64,000 nt of DNA from Gemmatales bacterium (GTDB taxonomy: Bacteria > Planctomycetota > Planctomycetia > Gemmatales > Gemmataceae): assembly GCA_026004675.1 (NCBI GenBank), contig BPJP01000002.1, positions 653,335 to 717,334 of the forward strand, written 5' to 3'. Both the position numbers and the translations under genes were made by a program. Position 1 is the stretch's first letter; each line of letters opens with the position of its first letter. Of this stretch, positions 8,852 through 18,541 are shown one piece after another. Under the pieces are notes generated by a model. It saw only the letters and a program-made list of their open reading frames with translations. It was not told where the DNA came from and made no database searches.

Positions 8852-10780
8852 ATGTACAAAAAAATGCACTTCGTGGCCTGGGCATGTCTGCTGGCTGTCG
8901 CTATCGAGCAGCACGTATTTGCGGCGGAGCAGGGGAGAAGCCGCTACAACGAAATCCTACGAGGTACGGCATGGATCGTGGTACCGCTTAAGAACGGCAC
9001 GGCATCGGGGACCGGCTGGATCGTTGACCAGGAGCGTAAACTTCTGATCACGAATCATCACGTCGTTGCGGGCAAGCAACGGGTGTTGATCGTCTTTCCG
9101 CGCTTCAAAGACGGCCGAGTCATCTCCGAACGCAACGCCTACAAAGAAGAAGATGCTTTGCGGGCCAAAGTAATTGATACCGATCAGCACAGCGATCTGG
9201 CCGCAGTCCAATTGATCGACCGTTTGCCGGACGGCATTCGGGCCATTCCCATGGCCAGCGAGAGTGCCCAGCCGGGAGACGATCTCCATTCCGTAGGCAA
9301 TCCTGGTTCCAGTGGTGCGTTGTGGGTTTATACGTCAGGCACGGTTCGGCAAGTCTATTACAAAGAGTGGTATTCGCAAAACGGCCGAAGTTTTCTCGAG
9401 CGAAAGTGTCGCGTACTGGAATCACAATCGCCCATCAATCCCGGCGATAGCGGCGGGCCAGTGGTCAACGACGACGGCCAACTCGTGGGGGTGGTCTCGC
9501 ATTATCGGGCCACGGACTCATCCGGCAAGACGGTCCGGCTAATGTCTCATCACATCGATGTTTCCGAAGTGAAAAAATTCGTCGCCAGAACGCTCCGCAT
9601 GATGGAACCGAAAACAGCGGAGGATTTTACCCTTCGGGGCGAACGTCTGATCGAACAGGATAAACTAGGAGAGGCGATCGACGCTTTGACCCGCGCGATC
9701 AAGCTCAACGATAAATTAAGTGCCGCCTACCGGCATCGTGCCCGCGCCTTCGTTTACCGTGGCGACTACGACACGGCGGTGCTCGATTGCGACGAAGCCA
9801 TTCGACTGGATCCCAAAGATGCTGTCGCCTACGAGCATCGAGGACTAGCCCATCGGCGAAAAGGTGACATCGACAAAGCCATCGTTGATTACTCTAAAGC
9901 CATTCAAATCGATCCCAAGTATGCGCTGGCTTACAACAATCGGGGCTGGGCGCTGGAATTGAAAAAGCAGCGGGACCGCGCTTTGGCCGATTACGAACGC
10001 GCAATCCGCTTCAATCCGAAGTTTGTTGTCGCTCACATCAACCGCATGAATTTGCTGTACGACATGGGCCGTTACCGGGAAGCCTTAGCCGCTGCCGACG
10101 ATGGGTTGAAGGTCAATCCATTTCTGCCCGTCGCCTACCGTGTCAAAGGGCGTTCCTTGCACATGCTGAAACAGTACAAAGATGCGGTCTTGACCTTTGA
10201 TACCGCCATCCAGCTTTATCCTGACGAACCCTCGTACTTTGTCGATCGGGGTTTGGCCCTGACCTGGCTCAATCGCTGGGACCTGGCCGTCAAGGATTAC
10301 CGGAGCGCTATCAAAGTCGATCCCAAGTACGCGGCGGCATACTTCTGGGCTGGCAGTGCCATGGACTACCACCGAAATTTTGATGAAGCTCAACGCTACT
10401 ACAGCAAGGCGCTGGAACTCGATCCCCAGAATTACAAAGACAAAATCAAACGCTTCTACCAGCGGCATGTGAAAGTTGTCAACAACACGAACGAAACGCT
10501 ACGGATCGGCTACTTTTATGAAGCCGTCGACAAGCGGGAGTGGGGTTGGTATCCGACCAATCTCGGCAAAACCTATTTGTCGATCGATGTGCCGCCAGGA
10601 AAGTCGGCCTATCTCACCCATGAAGGCAAGAAGATCAGAGGTCGGAGAATTCGCATCTGGGCGGTCGGGTTGAAGTCCGGCGAACGCTGGCTTCGTGATA
10701 AGGACAAGGATGTGTGGATTTGTCCGACGGCCGGCTATCTGTCGAGGAACGAAACAGACTTTATCTATACCTTCAAGTAA
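8852..10780 (+). CDS. secreted trypsin-like (S1) serine protease fused to about nine TPR repeats and a C-terminal beta-rich domain of unknown function
   Basis: Signal peptide MYKKMHFVAWACLLAVA. Catalytic triad context TNHHVVAG (His), DLAAVQL (Asp), GDSGGPVV (Ser). Then tandem TPR-like repeats (AYRHRARAFVYRGDYDTAVLDCDEAIRLDP…, AYNNRGWALE…). The last 130 aa match no known family. Confidence 0.8.
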   Translation: MYKKMHFVAWACLLAVAIEQHVFAAEQGRSRYNEILRGTAWIVVPLKNGTASGTGWIVDQERKLLITNHHVVAGKQRVLIVFPRFKDGRVISERNAYKEEDALRAKVIDTDQHSDLAAVQLIDRLPDGIRAIPMASESAQPGDDLHSVGNPGSSGALWVYTSGTVRQVYYKEWYSQNGRSFLERKCRVLESQSPINPGDSGGPVVNDDGQLVGVVSHYRATDSSGKTVRLMSHHIDVSEVKKFVARTLRMMEPKTAEDFTLRGERLIEQDKLGEAIDALTRAIKLNDKLSAAYRHRARAFVYRGDYDTAVLDCDEAIRLDPKDAVAYEHRGLAHRRKGDIDKAIVDYSKAIQIDPKYALAYNNRGWALELKKQRDRALADYERAIRFNPKFVVAHINRMNLLYDMGRYREALAAADDGLKVNPFLPVAYRVKGRSLHMLKQYKDAVLTFDTAIQLYPDEPSYFVDRGLALTWLNRWDLAVKDYRSAIKVDPKYAAAYFWAGSAMDYHRNFDEAQRYYSKALELDPQNYKDKIKRFYQRHVKVVNNTNETLRIGYFYEAVDKREWGWYPTNLGKTYLSIDVPPGKSAYLTHEGKKIRGRRIRIWAVGLKSGERWLRDKDKDVWICPTAGYLSRNETDFIYTFK

Positions 10781-10876
10781 GCTCCGCCCGCGATCACGAA
10801 GTTCCTGAACGTCTTGGCGTTCTCTGGGGCCGCTGTTGAACAACCGGAGCAGCTGGCGACGGTTGTTGGTGCGGTT

Positions 10877-11716
10877 TCAGAGAATGCGCTTGGCCAATTC
10901 TGTCATCATTTCCGTGCACGAGGGCCAGCGATCCTGTGGCACGCGCGACAAGGCACGGGCAATGATGGGACGTTCGGCTTCGGGCAGCATCGTCAAGTCA
11001 GGTTCGGGCCGAACATAATTGCGGTCGAATTTGGAAGGGGTATCGGTAAATGGCAATCGCCCGCCGCGCAACTGGCAATAGGTGATTGCCAGCGAATACT
11101 GGTCGGATTTGTCGCTTAGCTGTCCCTGAAAGACTTCCGGAGCCGTGTAATCGAGGGTGCCGGCGCGACGATGGGCATGCAATCCTCCGCGGGTTCCGGT
11201 GGTCGAAGACAGGCCGTAGTCGGCCAGTTTCACCACATCGCCGAAGATCAGCAGGTTGTTTGGTTTGATATCGCAGTGCTGAATGGCTACAAGTTGGCCG
11301 TCGATATGATGCTGGCGTTTGTTGAGAAAGTCGAGCGCGTCGGCCGCCTGCGAAAGATACATGCAAACCTGTTCCGGCACGATCGGAGTGCCAAACTCTG
11401 CCTGGTACGCGTCAAGCAGGTCGAGCAGGCTCCCCTCGGCCAGTTCCATCGCGATGACGATGTAGTTTTCATAGACCCAAATGCGATCGATGCGCAGCAA
11501 ATGCGGATGCTGCAAAGTACGAATCGCTTGCATCGAGCGGATTTCCCTCGATGTGGCAAGGGAATCGTTGGCGAGAAGGAATTTGAGAGCGATTCGGCCT
11601 TCCGGTGATTCTGCTTCCCAGACTTCGGCATACCCTCCGCGACCGAGCAATTGGATCGTCTTGTAGCCGGGATACGGCTCCAGACCGGGTCGAATCGTAA
11701 AAACTCTCGCAGCCAT
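10877..11716 (-). CDS. Hanks-type Ser/Thr protein kinase, kinase domain only
   Basis: G-loop LGRGGYAEV, VAIK-like IALKF, catalytic loop HCDIKPNNL, DYG (DFG variant) and APE motifs all present. 279 aa, no extra domains. Confidence 0.85.
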   Translation of the reverse strand: MAARVFTIRPGLEPYPGYKTIQLLGRGGYAEVWEAESPEGRIALKFLLANDSLATSREIRSMQAIRTLQHPHLLRIDRIWVYENYIVIAMELAEGSLLDLLDAYQAEFGTPIVPEQVCMYLSQAADALDFLNKRQHHIDGQLVAIQHCDIKPNNLLIFGDVVKLADYGLSSTTGTRGGLHAHRRAGTLDYTAPEVFQGQLSDKSDQYSLAITYCQLRGGRLPFTDTPSKFDRNYVRPEPDLTMLPEAERPIIARALSRVPQDRWPSCTEMMTELAKRIL

Positions 11717-11840
11717 TTAGTCTGCTCGCCGTTGAGGGGCACGACGTGCTAGGGTACTCGGATGATGACGATCCCTAGCATACGACGATATTGGGAACGC
11801 CGTCAATAGCTTACTAACCTGCTTTTTTCATCCACTTCAC

Positions 11841-13544
11841 TCAGCGCACCATGCCTGCAGGCGAGGGAACGGTAAGCTGTTGGCGAATCGTCTCGGCGAA
11901 ATCGGGATCGCCGATCAAGCAGGGATGCTTGTATTGTTCCGGCGTGCCTCCGGAGCGCAGCAAGCGTTCGTGATCCCATTTGGCCCAGGTGCCCGGCTTG
12001 AGCCATTCGATGCGCACCGGCCCGAGGCGTTCGCTATGGCGCTTGCTTTCATACTCGATGTTGGCCCGGCACAGATAGCGGTCGAGCGCCTCCGCCAAAC
12101 GGCGGCCTTGTTCTGGAGCAAGGCCATCTTGCTCTTCGATAAACAACCCATAATAGGGCTGGTCATCATTCCAGCAAGGGGCCAGGCTGTAGGTCGTAAA
12201 CTCCAGATTCATTTCCTGCTGCGTGGCGCTCATCGCCCGTGTGACGTGGTATTCCGACAGTTTTTCGCCGGTGATGTTGGCAAAGAGCGACCCCTTGCTG
12301 AGGAACTCGACGAGAGGTGTTCGGTTGTAGAAGCCGGTGACTTGGACAACATCATAGATATTGTAACGATACAGTCCGAAGGCGGTCGTTGGCAGGATGA
12401 AATAGCGTTCTCCTTCTTTGACCTCGTGGGCTTCGAGAACGGTCGGTTGGGCTTGATTGATTTCGTTTTCGGGAACGAATTCGAAAAAGTGGCTGGTGAT
12501 ATCGAGAACGCCACTGGGGGAGAAATCGCTGAAGGGGATGGACATTCGGCCTTCGCTGGCGATCAAGCCGACATCTCGTACGGGGTTGTCGCCGAAGTAA
12601 CGGGGAAACTGGCGGAGGTAGTTGCCCACGCTGCCTCCGGTCCAGCAGCCCAACAGGCAATCGTTCCAGTAATGTCGGGGATAGAGATGGCCGTGCCGGT
12701 CGGCGAGCCGTTCCAATTGCCGGGCGCGGTCCGGGTGGCGTTTCAGTCGGCGCTGGATTTGTTCGCGGACACTGGGTGGCATGTCAAAGCGTTGGCTCAG
12801 GGTGCCGTCGTGGATGTCGCGAATCAGCGACTCCTTTTCGCTGTCGCCGGCGCGGGCGAGATTGACGAGCGTGCTGGGATTGGCCGCCACGATGACGCCA
12901 ACGTCTTTGGGCATTCCCAGCCGCAACACCGCATAATACTTGGCGGCTGGGTCTTTGATTTGGGCCACTGCAGGCGGTACGCAGTAGAGCCAACGGATGA
13001 TGCGTTTCTGCATCTTCGCTGTCAGTCCGGTTACGCTGCCGCAGGGAATTCCCGCCTCGGTGCGAAATTCATCGCAATCGCTCGACATTTGTACGATTGG
13101 CCTCAGCCGGACACTCTGATGGGCCCGGTAAGCACGCAGACCCCAGATGTTCCAGGCGCGTCGATAGTCGGCCAGGTATTGTGAGGTAACGGGAATGAAC
13201 TTGCGTGCCGAAGTCGTACCGCTGGTCAAGGCGAACATCTTTACCGGGTCAGCCAAAAGAGCGGAGGTATTCCCAGCGCGAACGCGAGCGATGTAAGGCT
13301 CGAAGTACTCATAACCGGCAATTGGCAGGTGCCGACGGAAATCCTCGACCGATCCGATCGCTCGAAAATGATGTTGGCGTCCGAAATCGGTATCCGCATG
13401 GTGGGCGAGGATGCGTCTGAGCAGCGCCTGCTGAATTTCTCGCGGGCGATGTGTGGCGGCTTCAAAAGCGTTGATGTGACGGAGTACCGGCCGCCGGACA
13501 ACCCGGCCAATGAGAAAGAGAAACCAGCGTGGGAGAATCATCAC
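11841..13544 (-). CDS. GH3 family (auxin-responsive promoter / acyl-acid amido synthetase-like) adenylating enzyme
   Basis: 567 aa. N-terminal region typical of GH3 (…FALTSGTTSARKFIPVT…YEYFEPYIARV…). Adenylate-forming superfamily architecture. Confidence 0.75.
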   Translation of the reverse strand: MMILPRWFLFLIGRVVRRPVLRHINAFEAATHRPREIQQALLRRILAHHADTDFGRQHHFRAIGSVEDFRRHLPIAGYEYFEPYIARVRAGNTSALLADPVKMFALTSGTTSARKFIPVTSQYLADYRRAWNIWGLRAYRAHQSVRLRPIVQMSSDCDEFRTEAGIPCGSVTGLTAKMQKRIIRWLYCVPPAVAQIKDPAAKYYAVLRLGMPKDVGVIVAANPSTLVNLARAGDSEKESLIRDIHDGTLSQRFDMPPSVREQIQRRLKRHPDRARQLERLADRHGHLYPRHYWNDCLLGCWTGGSVGNYLRQFPRYFGDNPVRDVGLIASEGRMSIPFSDFSPSGVLDITSHFFEFVPENEINQAQPTVLEAHEVKEGERYFILPTTAFGLYRYNIYDVVQVTGFYNRTPLVEFLSKGSLFANITGEKLSEYHVTRAMSATQQEMNLEFTTYSLAPCWNDDQPYYGLFIEEQDGLAPEQGRRLAEALDRYLCRANIEYESKRHSERLGPVRIEWLKPGTWAKWDHERLLRSGGTPEQYKHPCLIGDPDFAETIRQQLTVPSPAGMVR

Positions 13545-13553
13545 GGCCTCCGA

Positions 13554-14663
13554 CTAGGAAGACGAGGAACCTCGGCTCACGGCCAGCGTCTGTTGGGGCG
13601 AACCGTTGGCTGAGCCGGCTGTCTGAGCATAGCCGTTGAGTGCTGCTGGGTTGCTGGCAAGATGCTCGCGAAAGAACTCGATGACGCGACGGTGGTATTC
13701 GTCACCGGCGACATGAACCGAAGTATTGTGCTTGGCCCCTTCAACAAGCCAGAATTCTTTCGGCGGTTTCGCCGCTTCAAAAAGCGCTTGTCCGATCTGG
13801 GGAGCGATGTAGTTGTCGGCCGCCCCGTGAATCATCAACAGCGGCCTGGGTGACAAGCTTCCCATGACGGGTTTCAGGTCGACGTAGTGCCAGTCCTTGC
13901 CCCGGTTTCGGTAGTCGCGTTCGAGGCAGCGGCGACCGGCTTGCTCGTAAAACCAGGACGGCAAGATGCGTTGCAGCCAGCGTCGTTGGCTGTAAATGGC
14001 GATCCATTTTCGCATGAAGGGAACGACTACGGTAAAGGTATCGAAAACGCCATCGGTCACGAAGCAGCGAACGTACGGGTTCGATGCCGACGCCAAAAGG
14101 CCGGCCGCGGCTCCTTTGCTGACACCGAAGAAACCGATCCCCGTCGGCTCCGCGTCGGGGCGGGTTCTCAAGTATTCGATTGCCGACTCCGCATCGATCA
14201 CGTCGTATTTGGTCACCCAGTGCAAAGGCTCATAGCCAGGCATCGATTCGCTGTCACCCTGGTTGCGGAACTCGAAAGCGAAAACGTCGAAGCCAGCATC
14301 CACGAGTTTTTCACAGAAAGGGACGCATGTCCAGCGAGAGGCGCCGTAGGGTACGCCGAAGAGAATCACGCCGAGTCTTCGGGATGCGGGCGTGCGCAGG
14401 TAACAGCCACATAGCTGGTAGCCATCGCTGCTATGGAAGTAGACGTTTTCGGCGCTTTCGAGTGGTTGGCCGCGTGGAATAATGAAAATCGGCTTTTCTT
14501 CAAAGCCGCGAACCAGGTGCTTGCCATAGCGACTGATAAGATAATCCTGAAAGAGACGATTCCCAGTCCAGACTGCGCCGCTGAGGCAGACGATTCCCAC
14601 TATAGCGTACCACAACCATTCCAAGGTGCAACTCCCAAGACGGATTAAGGTCGGTCCAATCAC
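13554..14663 (-). CDS. alpha/beta hydrolase (thioesterase/peptidase-like) with N-terminal TM anchor
   Basis: GxSxG nucleophile elbow GVSKGA. Downstream Asp and His candidates (…IHGAADNY…, …GAKHNTSVH). N-terminal hydrophobic helix. Confidence 0.7.
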   Translation of the reverse strand: MIGPTLIRLGSCTLEWLWYAIVGIVCLSGAVWTGNRLFQDYLISRYGKHLVRGFEEKPIFIIPRGQPLESAENVYFHSSDGYQLCGCYLRTPASRRLGVILFGVPYGASRWTCVPFCEKLVDAGFDVFAFEFRNQGDSESMPGYEPLHWVTKYDVIDAESAIEYLRTRPDAEPTGIGFFGVSKGAAAGLLASASNPYVRCFVTDGVFDTFTVVVPFMRKWIAIYSQRRWLQRILPSWFYEQAGRRCLERDYRNRGKDWHYVDLKPVMGSLSPRPLLMIHGAADNYIAPQIGQALFEAAKPPKEFWLVEGAKHNTSVHVAGDEYHRRVIEFFREHLASNPAALNGYAQTAGSANGSPQQTLAVSRGSSSS

Positions 14664-15952
14664 ACATCGAATTTGCGGACAACGAGCGAAATGTTCTGCC
14701 CGCCAAAACCGAAGCTATTGCTCAAGGCGCAACGCACCGTTTTTTCCCGAGCGGCGTTCGGAATGTAATCCAAATCGCATTCGGGATCGGGCGTTTCGTA
14801 ATTCATCGTTGGCGGCATGACGCCTTTCTGGATGGTCATGACGCAGGTAATCAATTCTACAGCCCCGGCGGCAGCGATCAAATGTCCGAGCATGCTCTTG
14901 CTGCTGCTGACAGGAACCTGATACGCTGCATCGCCGAAAACCTGTTTAATCGCTATCGTCTCTACTTTGTCATTCACCTGCGTGCTCGTTCCGTGGGCGT
15001 TGATGTAATCGACGTCGGTCGGCTGGATACCGGCGTCCTGGAGAGCGGCGCGGATGCAAGCCGCCGCCCCGCGCCCTTCGGGATGGCTGTCCGTAATGCG
15101 GAAGGCGTCCGCCGTCGAACCGTAGCCGATTATCTCCGCATAGATATGAGCTCCGCGCTTCTTGGCATGCTCCAATTCTTCCAGGACGAGCATTCCAGAA
15201 CCTTCGCCAAGCACGAAACCATCGCGATGCAAGTCGAAAGGACGCGATGCCTTCGAAGGCGGATCATTGCTGGTGGACAAAGCCGTCAACAAATTGAACC
15301 CGGTCACCCCGAGTGGATGGATCATGCTGTGCGAGCCGCCGCTGAGCATAATGTCCGCATCGCCATGGCGAATCATCTCCGTCGCTTCACCGATCGCCTG
15401 GCTGCTGGCGGCACAGGCCGTCAGGCAATTGAAATTCGGTCCCTCGAGGTCAAAATAAGCCGCCAAGTGGGCGGCCGAGGTGTGCAGCTCTTGTTCGGCT
15501 TCACGGCCTGGATGAAAGTAGCGCAATGCACCGCTGGTAAACCCAGCCGTGTCGACGAGCCGACTATCGGCATCGTAGTTGAAAGCAATCAGAGAGACGA
15601 GATTATGAAAGTCCTGAATCCCTTCGCCGCAACCAAGATAGACACCGATCCGAGTGCGATCCACTTTCGTATTGTCGAGCAAATCGGCATCTTCAAGTGC
15701 TTGTTTCGCTGCGGCGGCGGCAAACTGGCTGTTGACTCCGGAATCGACCCACCGTTGAGGCTCTTTGACGAAACGCGACAGATCGAAGTTTTTGACTTCG
15801 GCGGCAATCTGTGTCGGAAAGCGTTGGGCATTGAAAAGGGAGATGCGACCGATTCCACTGCGCCCTTCGATCTGAGCGGCGTAGAGTTCCTCGACGCTGT
15901 GTCCGAGCGGTGTGATCGCTCCCATTCCGGTAATTACGACTCGCCTTCGCAT
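14660..15952 (-). CDS. beta-ketoacyl-ACP synthase (KAS I/II, FabF-like)
   Basis: Active-site Cys motif TACAASSQAIG, His motifs (INAHGTSTQ), C-terminal SNSFGFGGQNISLVV. Probable start at MRRRVVITGMG, which is Met 22 of the ORF in the track. Confidence 0.85.
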   Translation of the reverse strand: MRRRVVITGMGAITPLGHSVEELYAAQIEGRSGIGRISLFNAQRFPTQIAAEVKNFDLSRFVKEPQRWVDSGVNSQFAAAAAKQALEDADLLDNTKVDRTRIGVYLGCGEGIQDFHNLVSLIAFNYDADSRLVDTAGFTSGALRYFHPGREAEQELHTSAAHLAAYFDLEGPNFNCLTACAASSQAIGEATEMIRHGDADIMLSGGSHSMIHPLGVTGFNLLTALSTSNDPPSKASRPFDLHRDGFVLGEGSGMLVLEELEHAKKRGAHIYAEIIGYGSTADAFRITDSHPEGRGAAACIRAALQDAGIQPTDVDYINAHGTSTQVNDKVETIAIKQVFGDAAYQVPVSSSKSMLGHLIAAAGAVELITCVMTIQKGVMPPTMNYETPDPECDLDYIPNAAREKTVRCALSNSFGFGGQNISLVVRKFDV

Positions 15953-15983
15953 ATCCCTGCTCCTTCGCCGCACTCGCGAAGGA

Positions 15984-17264
15984 TTACTCCCAGCGGCGGA
16001 CAACAATCGCGGCACACTGTCCCATATCAGTGAAGTTGAGCTTCAAAACATACGGTTTCGTCGCGGGCACTGGGTCCCCAGCGATCACCGCGAGCGGGCA
16101 ATTCGCATCCCGGTTTTCAAAGTTTTTCGTAGCCGGTACCAGACCATGATGCAGCGCTAACACGCTGGCGGCTAATTCCGTTGTGCCCGCCGCCGCGCCC
16201 AAATTGCCCAACAAGCTCTTGGCAGCAAATACTTTTACCGGCGGGTCCCTATCGCCGAAGACTTCATTGATGCCCTTCGCTTCCCAGGCGTCGACATCGA
16301 CGGCGCTTAAACCGTGAGCATTGATGTGATCGACATCTTCCGGTTCGATGCCGGCGTCCCTCAAGGCATTGCGAATGGCTCGTGCAATCCCCGCACCCGA
16401 TCGCTGGCGGTCGAAAGCCGATCCGAAACCGACCACTTCCGCGTAAATGCGGGCCCCTCTCTTTTGGGCGTGTTCCAGGGTCTCCATGACGAGGACGGTG
16501 GCACCTTCGGAGATGACCATGCCATCGCGATCGCGGTCGAAGGGACGACTAGCCAGTTCGGGTTCGTCGTTTCGTCGCGACAAAGGCTGAAACAGGCACT
16601 GTCTGGAAAAACTCAACGGATTCAATCGACTTTCCCCGCCGCCAACCAGGAAGAAATCAGCCTGGCCTCGGACAAGTATGCGGTAGGCTTCGCCGATTGC
16701 TAGCGTACTGCCGACATCGCTTTCGGTAATCGTGTTGCTTGGTCCCTGGGCGTTATGGAGGATCGACACATGGCAGGCGAGCATGTTGGGAAGGTATTTC
16801 AACATCCACAACGGCGTGATATTGGGCAAACCTTCCGCTCCCCATTTTTCCAGGTCGATGGAACCGGGCTGGCAATTGGCGCTCACCCGCGCCGCTTCTC
16901 CCAGCTCTTCCAGTTCGCTGGCGATCAAGCCGGCGCCGAACTCAACGCCGAAGCGCGTCGGATCGAGCTGGGTTTTGTCCACGTTCCCATCGTTGAGTGC
17001 CAGTTGGGCGGCGGCGACCGATAGCTGGATGCTCCGCGCCATAACGCGCAGGCTTTTGCGTTCCTTCTTGTCGATGTAGTTTTTGGCGTCAAAACCGTGC
17101 ACTTCGCCCGCAATGCGCACTGGCAGGCTTTTCGCGTCAAAGGCGGTTATCGGACCGACTCCGCTGCGGCAATGCACTAGCGCGTCCCAGAAGGCGTTGG
17201 CGTCCAGCCCGAGGGGCGTGAGAGCGCCAATTCCAGTTAGAACAACTCGTCGTGAATCCGCCAT
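15984..17264 (-). CDS. ketosynthase paralog lacking the catalytic cysteine (chain-length-factor-like partner)
   Basis: Full KAS fold (…VVLTGIGALTPLG…HINAHGLS…). At the position equivalent to GPNFNCLTACAASS in the neighbouring KS it reads GPSNTITESDVGST, so Cys is replaced by Asp. Probable start at MADSRRVVLTG. Confidence 0.75.
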   Translation of the reverse strand: MADSRRVVLTGIGALTPLGLDANAFWDALVHCRSGVGPITAFDAKSLPVRIAGEVHGFDAKNYIDKKERKSLRVMARSIQLSVAAAQLALNDGNVDKTQLDPTRFGVEFGAGLIASELEELGEAARVSANCQPGSIDLEKWGAEGLPNITPLWMLKYLPNMLACHVSILHNAQGPSNTITESDVGSTLAIGEAYRILVRGQADFFLVGGGESRLNPLSFSRQCLFQPLSRRNDEPELASRPFDRDRDGMVISEGATVLVMETLEHAQKRGARIYAEVVGFGSAFDRQRSGAGIARAIRNALRDAGIEPEDVDHINAHGLSAVDVDAWEAKGINEVFGDRDPPVKVFAAKSLLGNLGAAAGTTELAASVLALHHGLVPATKNFENRDANCPLAVIAGDPVPATKPYVLKLNFTDMGQCAAIVVRRWE

Positions 17265-17373
17265 GGCCCACCTGTGCAAAAACAGCGAACGGCACTGCGT
17301 CTATCCGAAGGCAGACACGTGTTGCCGTGCCATTCTCACGGCCTGGTACAATGCCTATTATAGTGGCAACTCC

Positions 17374-17880
17374 TTAACCGTCCGGTTGTTTGGCCGCCGC
17401 CTGCGCCAAACCCAGCAAGTGCTTGAGCTCCCCAGAGAAAACAAAGTTGTGGTCGCCAAAGATCCTTTGCGATCGCGAGCGATCCAGATGAGCGAAAAAA
17501 ATCTCCGCCTCGGCGATGAGGTCCGTATCGCTGTAAACCCGGCCGGCGACAGACGCTCCTTCCGGCCGAAGATGCAGCAGATCGACCTCGTAGCGCAACT
17601 GTTCGCCAGCGGTCGCTTCGCGCCGGAATCGAGCGAACGTGATTTTAGCCAACACGACTTTTTCCTGAAAGTTGTTGGCTTCACCGACCAGGATGCCGCC
17701 CGTCTGGGCTAACCCTTCCAGGATCAACGACGCGGGCATGACTGGATAGCCGGGAAAATGTTCGGCGAAGTAATCCTCAGCGAGACTGAGGTTCTTTATT
17801 GCCGTCGCCCGCTTGCCACTTTCAAATTCCAAAAAACGGTCTATCCAGATCCATCGCATAGGGCCTCTGTAGTCTGGCAC
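17374..17880 (-). CDS. 3-hydroxyacyl-ACP dehydratase (FabA/FabZ hot-dog fold)
   Basis: Hot-dog motif …AEHFPGYPVMPASLILEGLAQTGGIL… 168 aa. Confidence 0.8.
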   Translation of the reverse strand: MPDYRGPMRWIWIDRFLEFESGKRATAIKNLSLAEDYFAEHFPGYPVMPASLILEGLAQTGGILVGEANNFQEKVVLAKITFARFRREATAGEQLRYEVDLLHLRPEGASVAGRVYSDTDLIAEAEIFFAHLDRSRSQRIFGDHNFVFSGELKHLLGLAQAAAKQPDG

Positions 17881-18010
17881 CGATCGTTGCGCACGAAAGA
17901 GCCGCCAACATAGTGAAAAAAGAGAAGGAGTTGCCCGGTTGTGCCGTGGAACTCCTTCTCCCGTATTGTCACCTTCCGATTACACGTAAAGAGCAATTGT
18001 TGGCGAATTC

Positions 18011-18412
18011 CTAATTCTTGCTCGGTTCGCTCAGCTTGCCTTCGATGTAACGGGTGATCATTTCGACGGTAAACAGATTGCTGATATTGCTGACCTCCGG
18101 ATTTTCTTCAAATTTGGACAAGTCAGCGAAAGGCATGCGCTGCCTGAGTTCGGCGATCCCCTTTTCCGTGACTTTTCCATCCTGAACGAATTCGGGGTCG
18201 CCTTGAAAGATCGACTCGGGGAACAGTTCGTTACGGGGAATCTTGATGCCGAATTCCCTTTCCAACCGAAAAACGATGTCGAGAAAATCGATCGATTCCG
18301 CCCCGAGGTCGCCCTGGAGAGTCGACGTAGGTTTGATTTCATCTTCGTCCACATTCAGGGCTTCTACCAACGTCGCGGAGACCTTTGAGTAGATTTCATC
18401 ACGGCTCGACAT
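18011..18412 (-). CDS. acyl carrier protein with a long internal insertion/extension
   Basis: Phosphopantetheine-attachment motif DLGAESIDFLDIVFRLE (Ser in a DSL-like context). 133 aa against about 78 aa for canonical AcpP. Confidence 0.75.
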   Translation of the reverse strand: MSSRDEIYSKVSATLVEALNVDEDEIKPTSTLQGDLGAESIDFLDIVFRLEREFGIKIPRNELFPESIFQGDPEFVQDGKVTEKGIAELRQRMPFADLSKFEENPEVSNISNLFTVEMITRYIEGKLSEPSKN

Positions 18413-18541
18413 TGATCGCTTCCTCCAGAAATAAAGAGCTTAGGAACGAACACGTTCCCTGGTCCGTTGAATATCGCAGCCGATTCATGCCCAGCGCTTG
18501 GAGCGTTCATGAGTCAGCCACGGTCGTTTCCCGCCACAATG

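Noticed and set aside
11880-13184. 434-aa + strand ORF antisense to the GH3 gene
   Set aside because: Shadow ORF of a GC-rich gene. No motifs. Ala/Gly/Arg-rich composition.
14882-16033. 383-aa + strand ORF antisense to the ketosynthase
   Set aside because: Shadow ORF. The KS on the opposite strand has unambiguous catalytic motifs.
17083-17712. 209-aa + strand ORF overlapping the CLF-like and dehydratase genes
   Set aside because: Overlaps two well-supported minus-strand genes. Arg/Ser-rich translation typical of out-of-frame GC-rich sequence.
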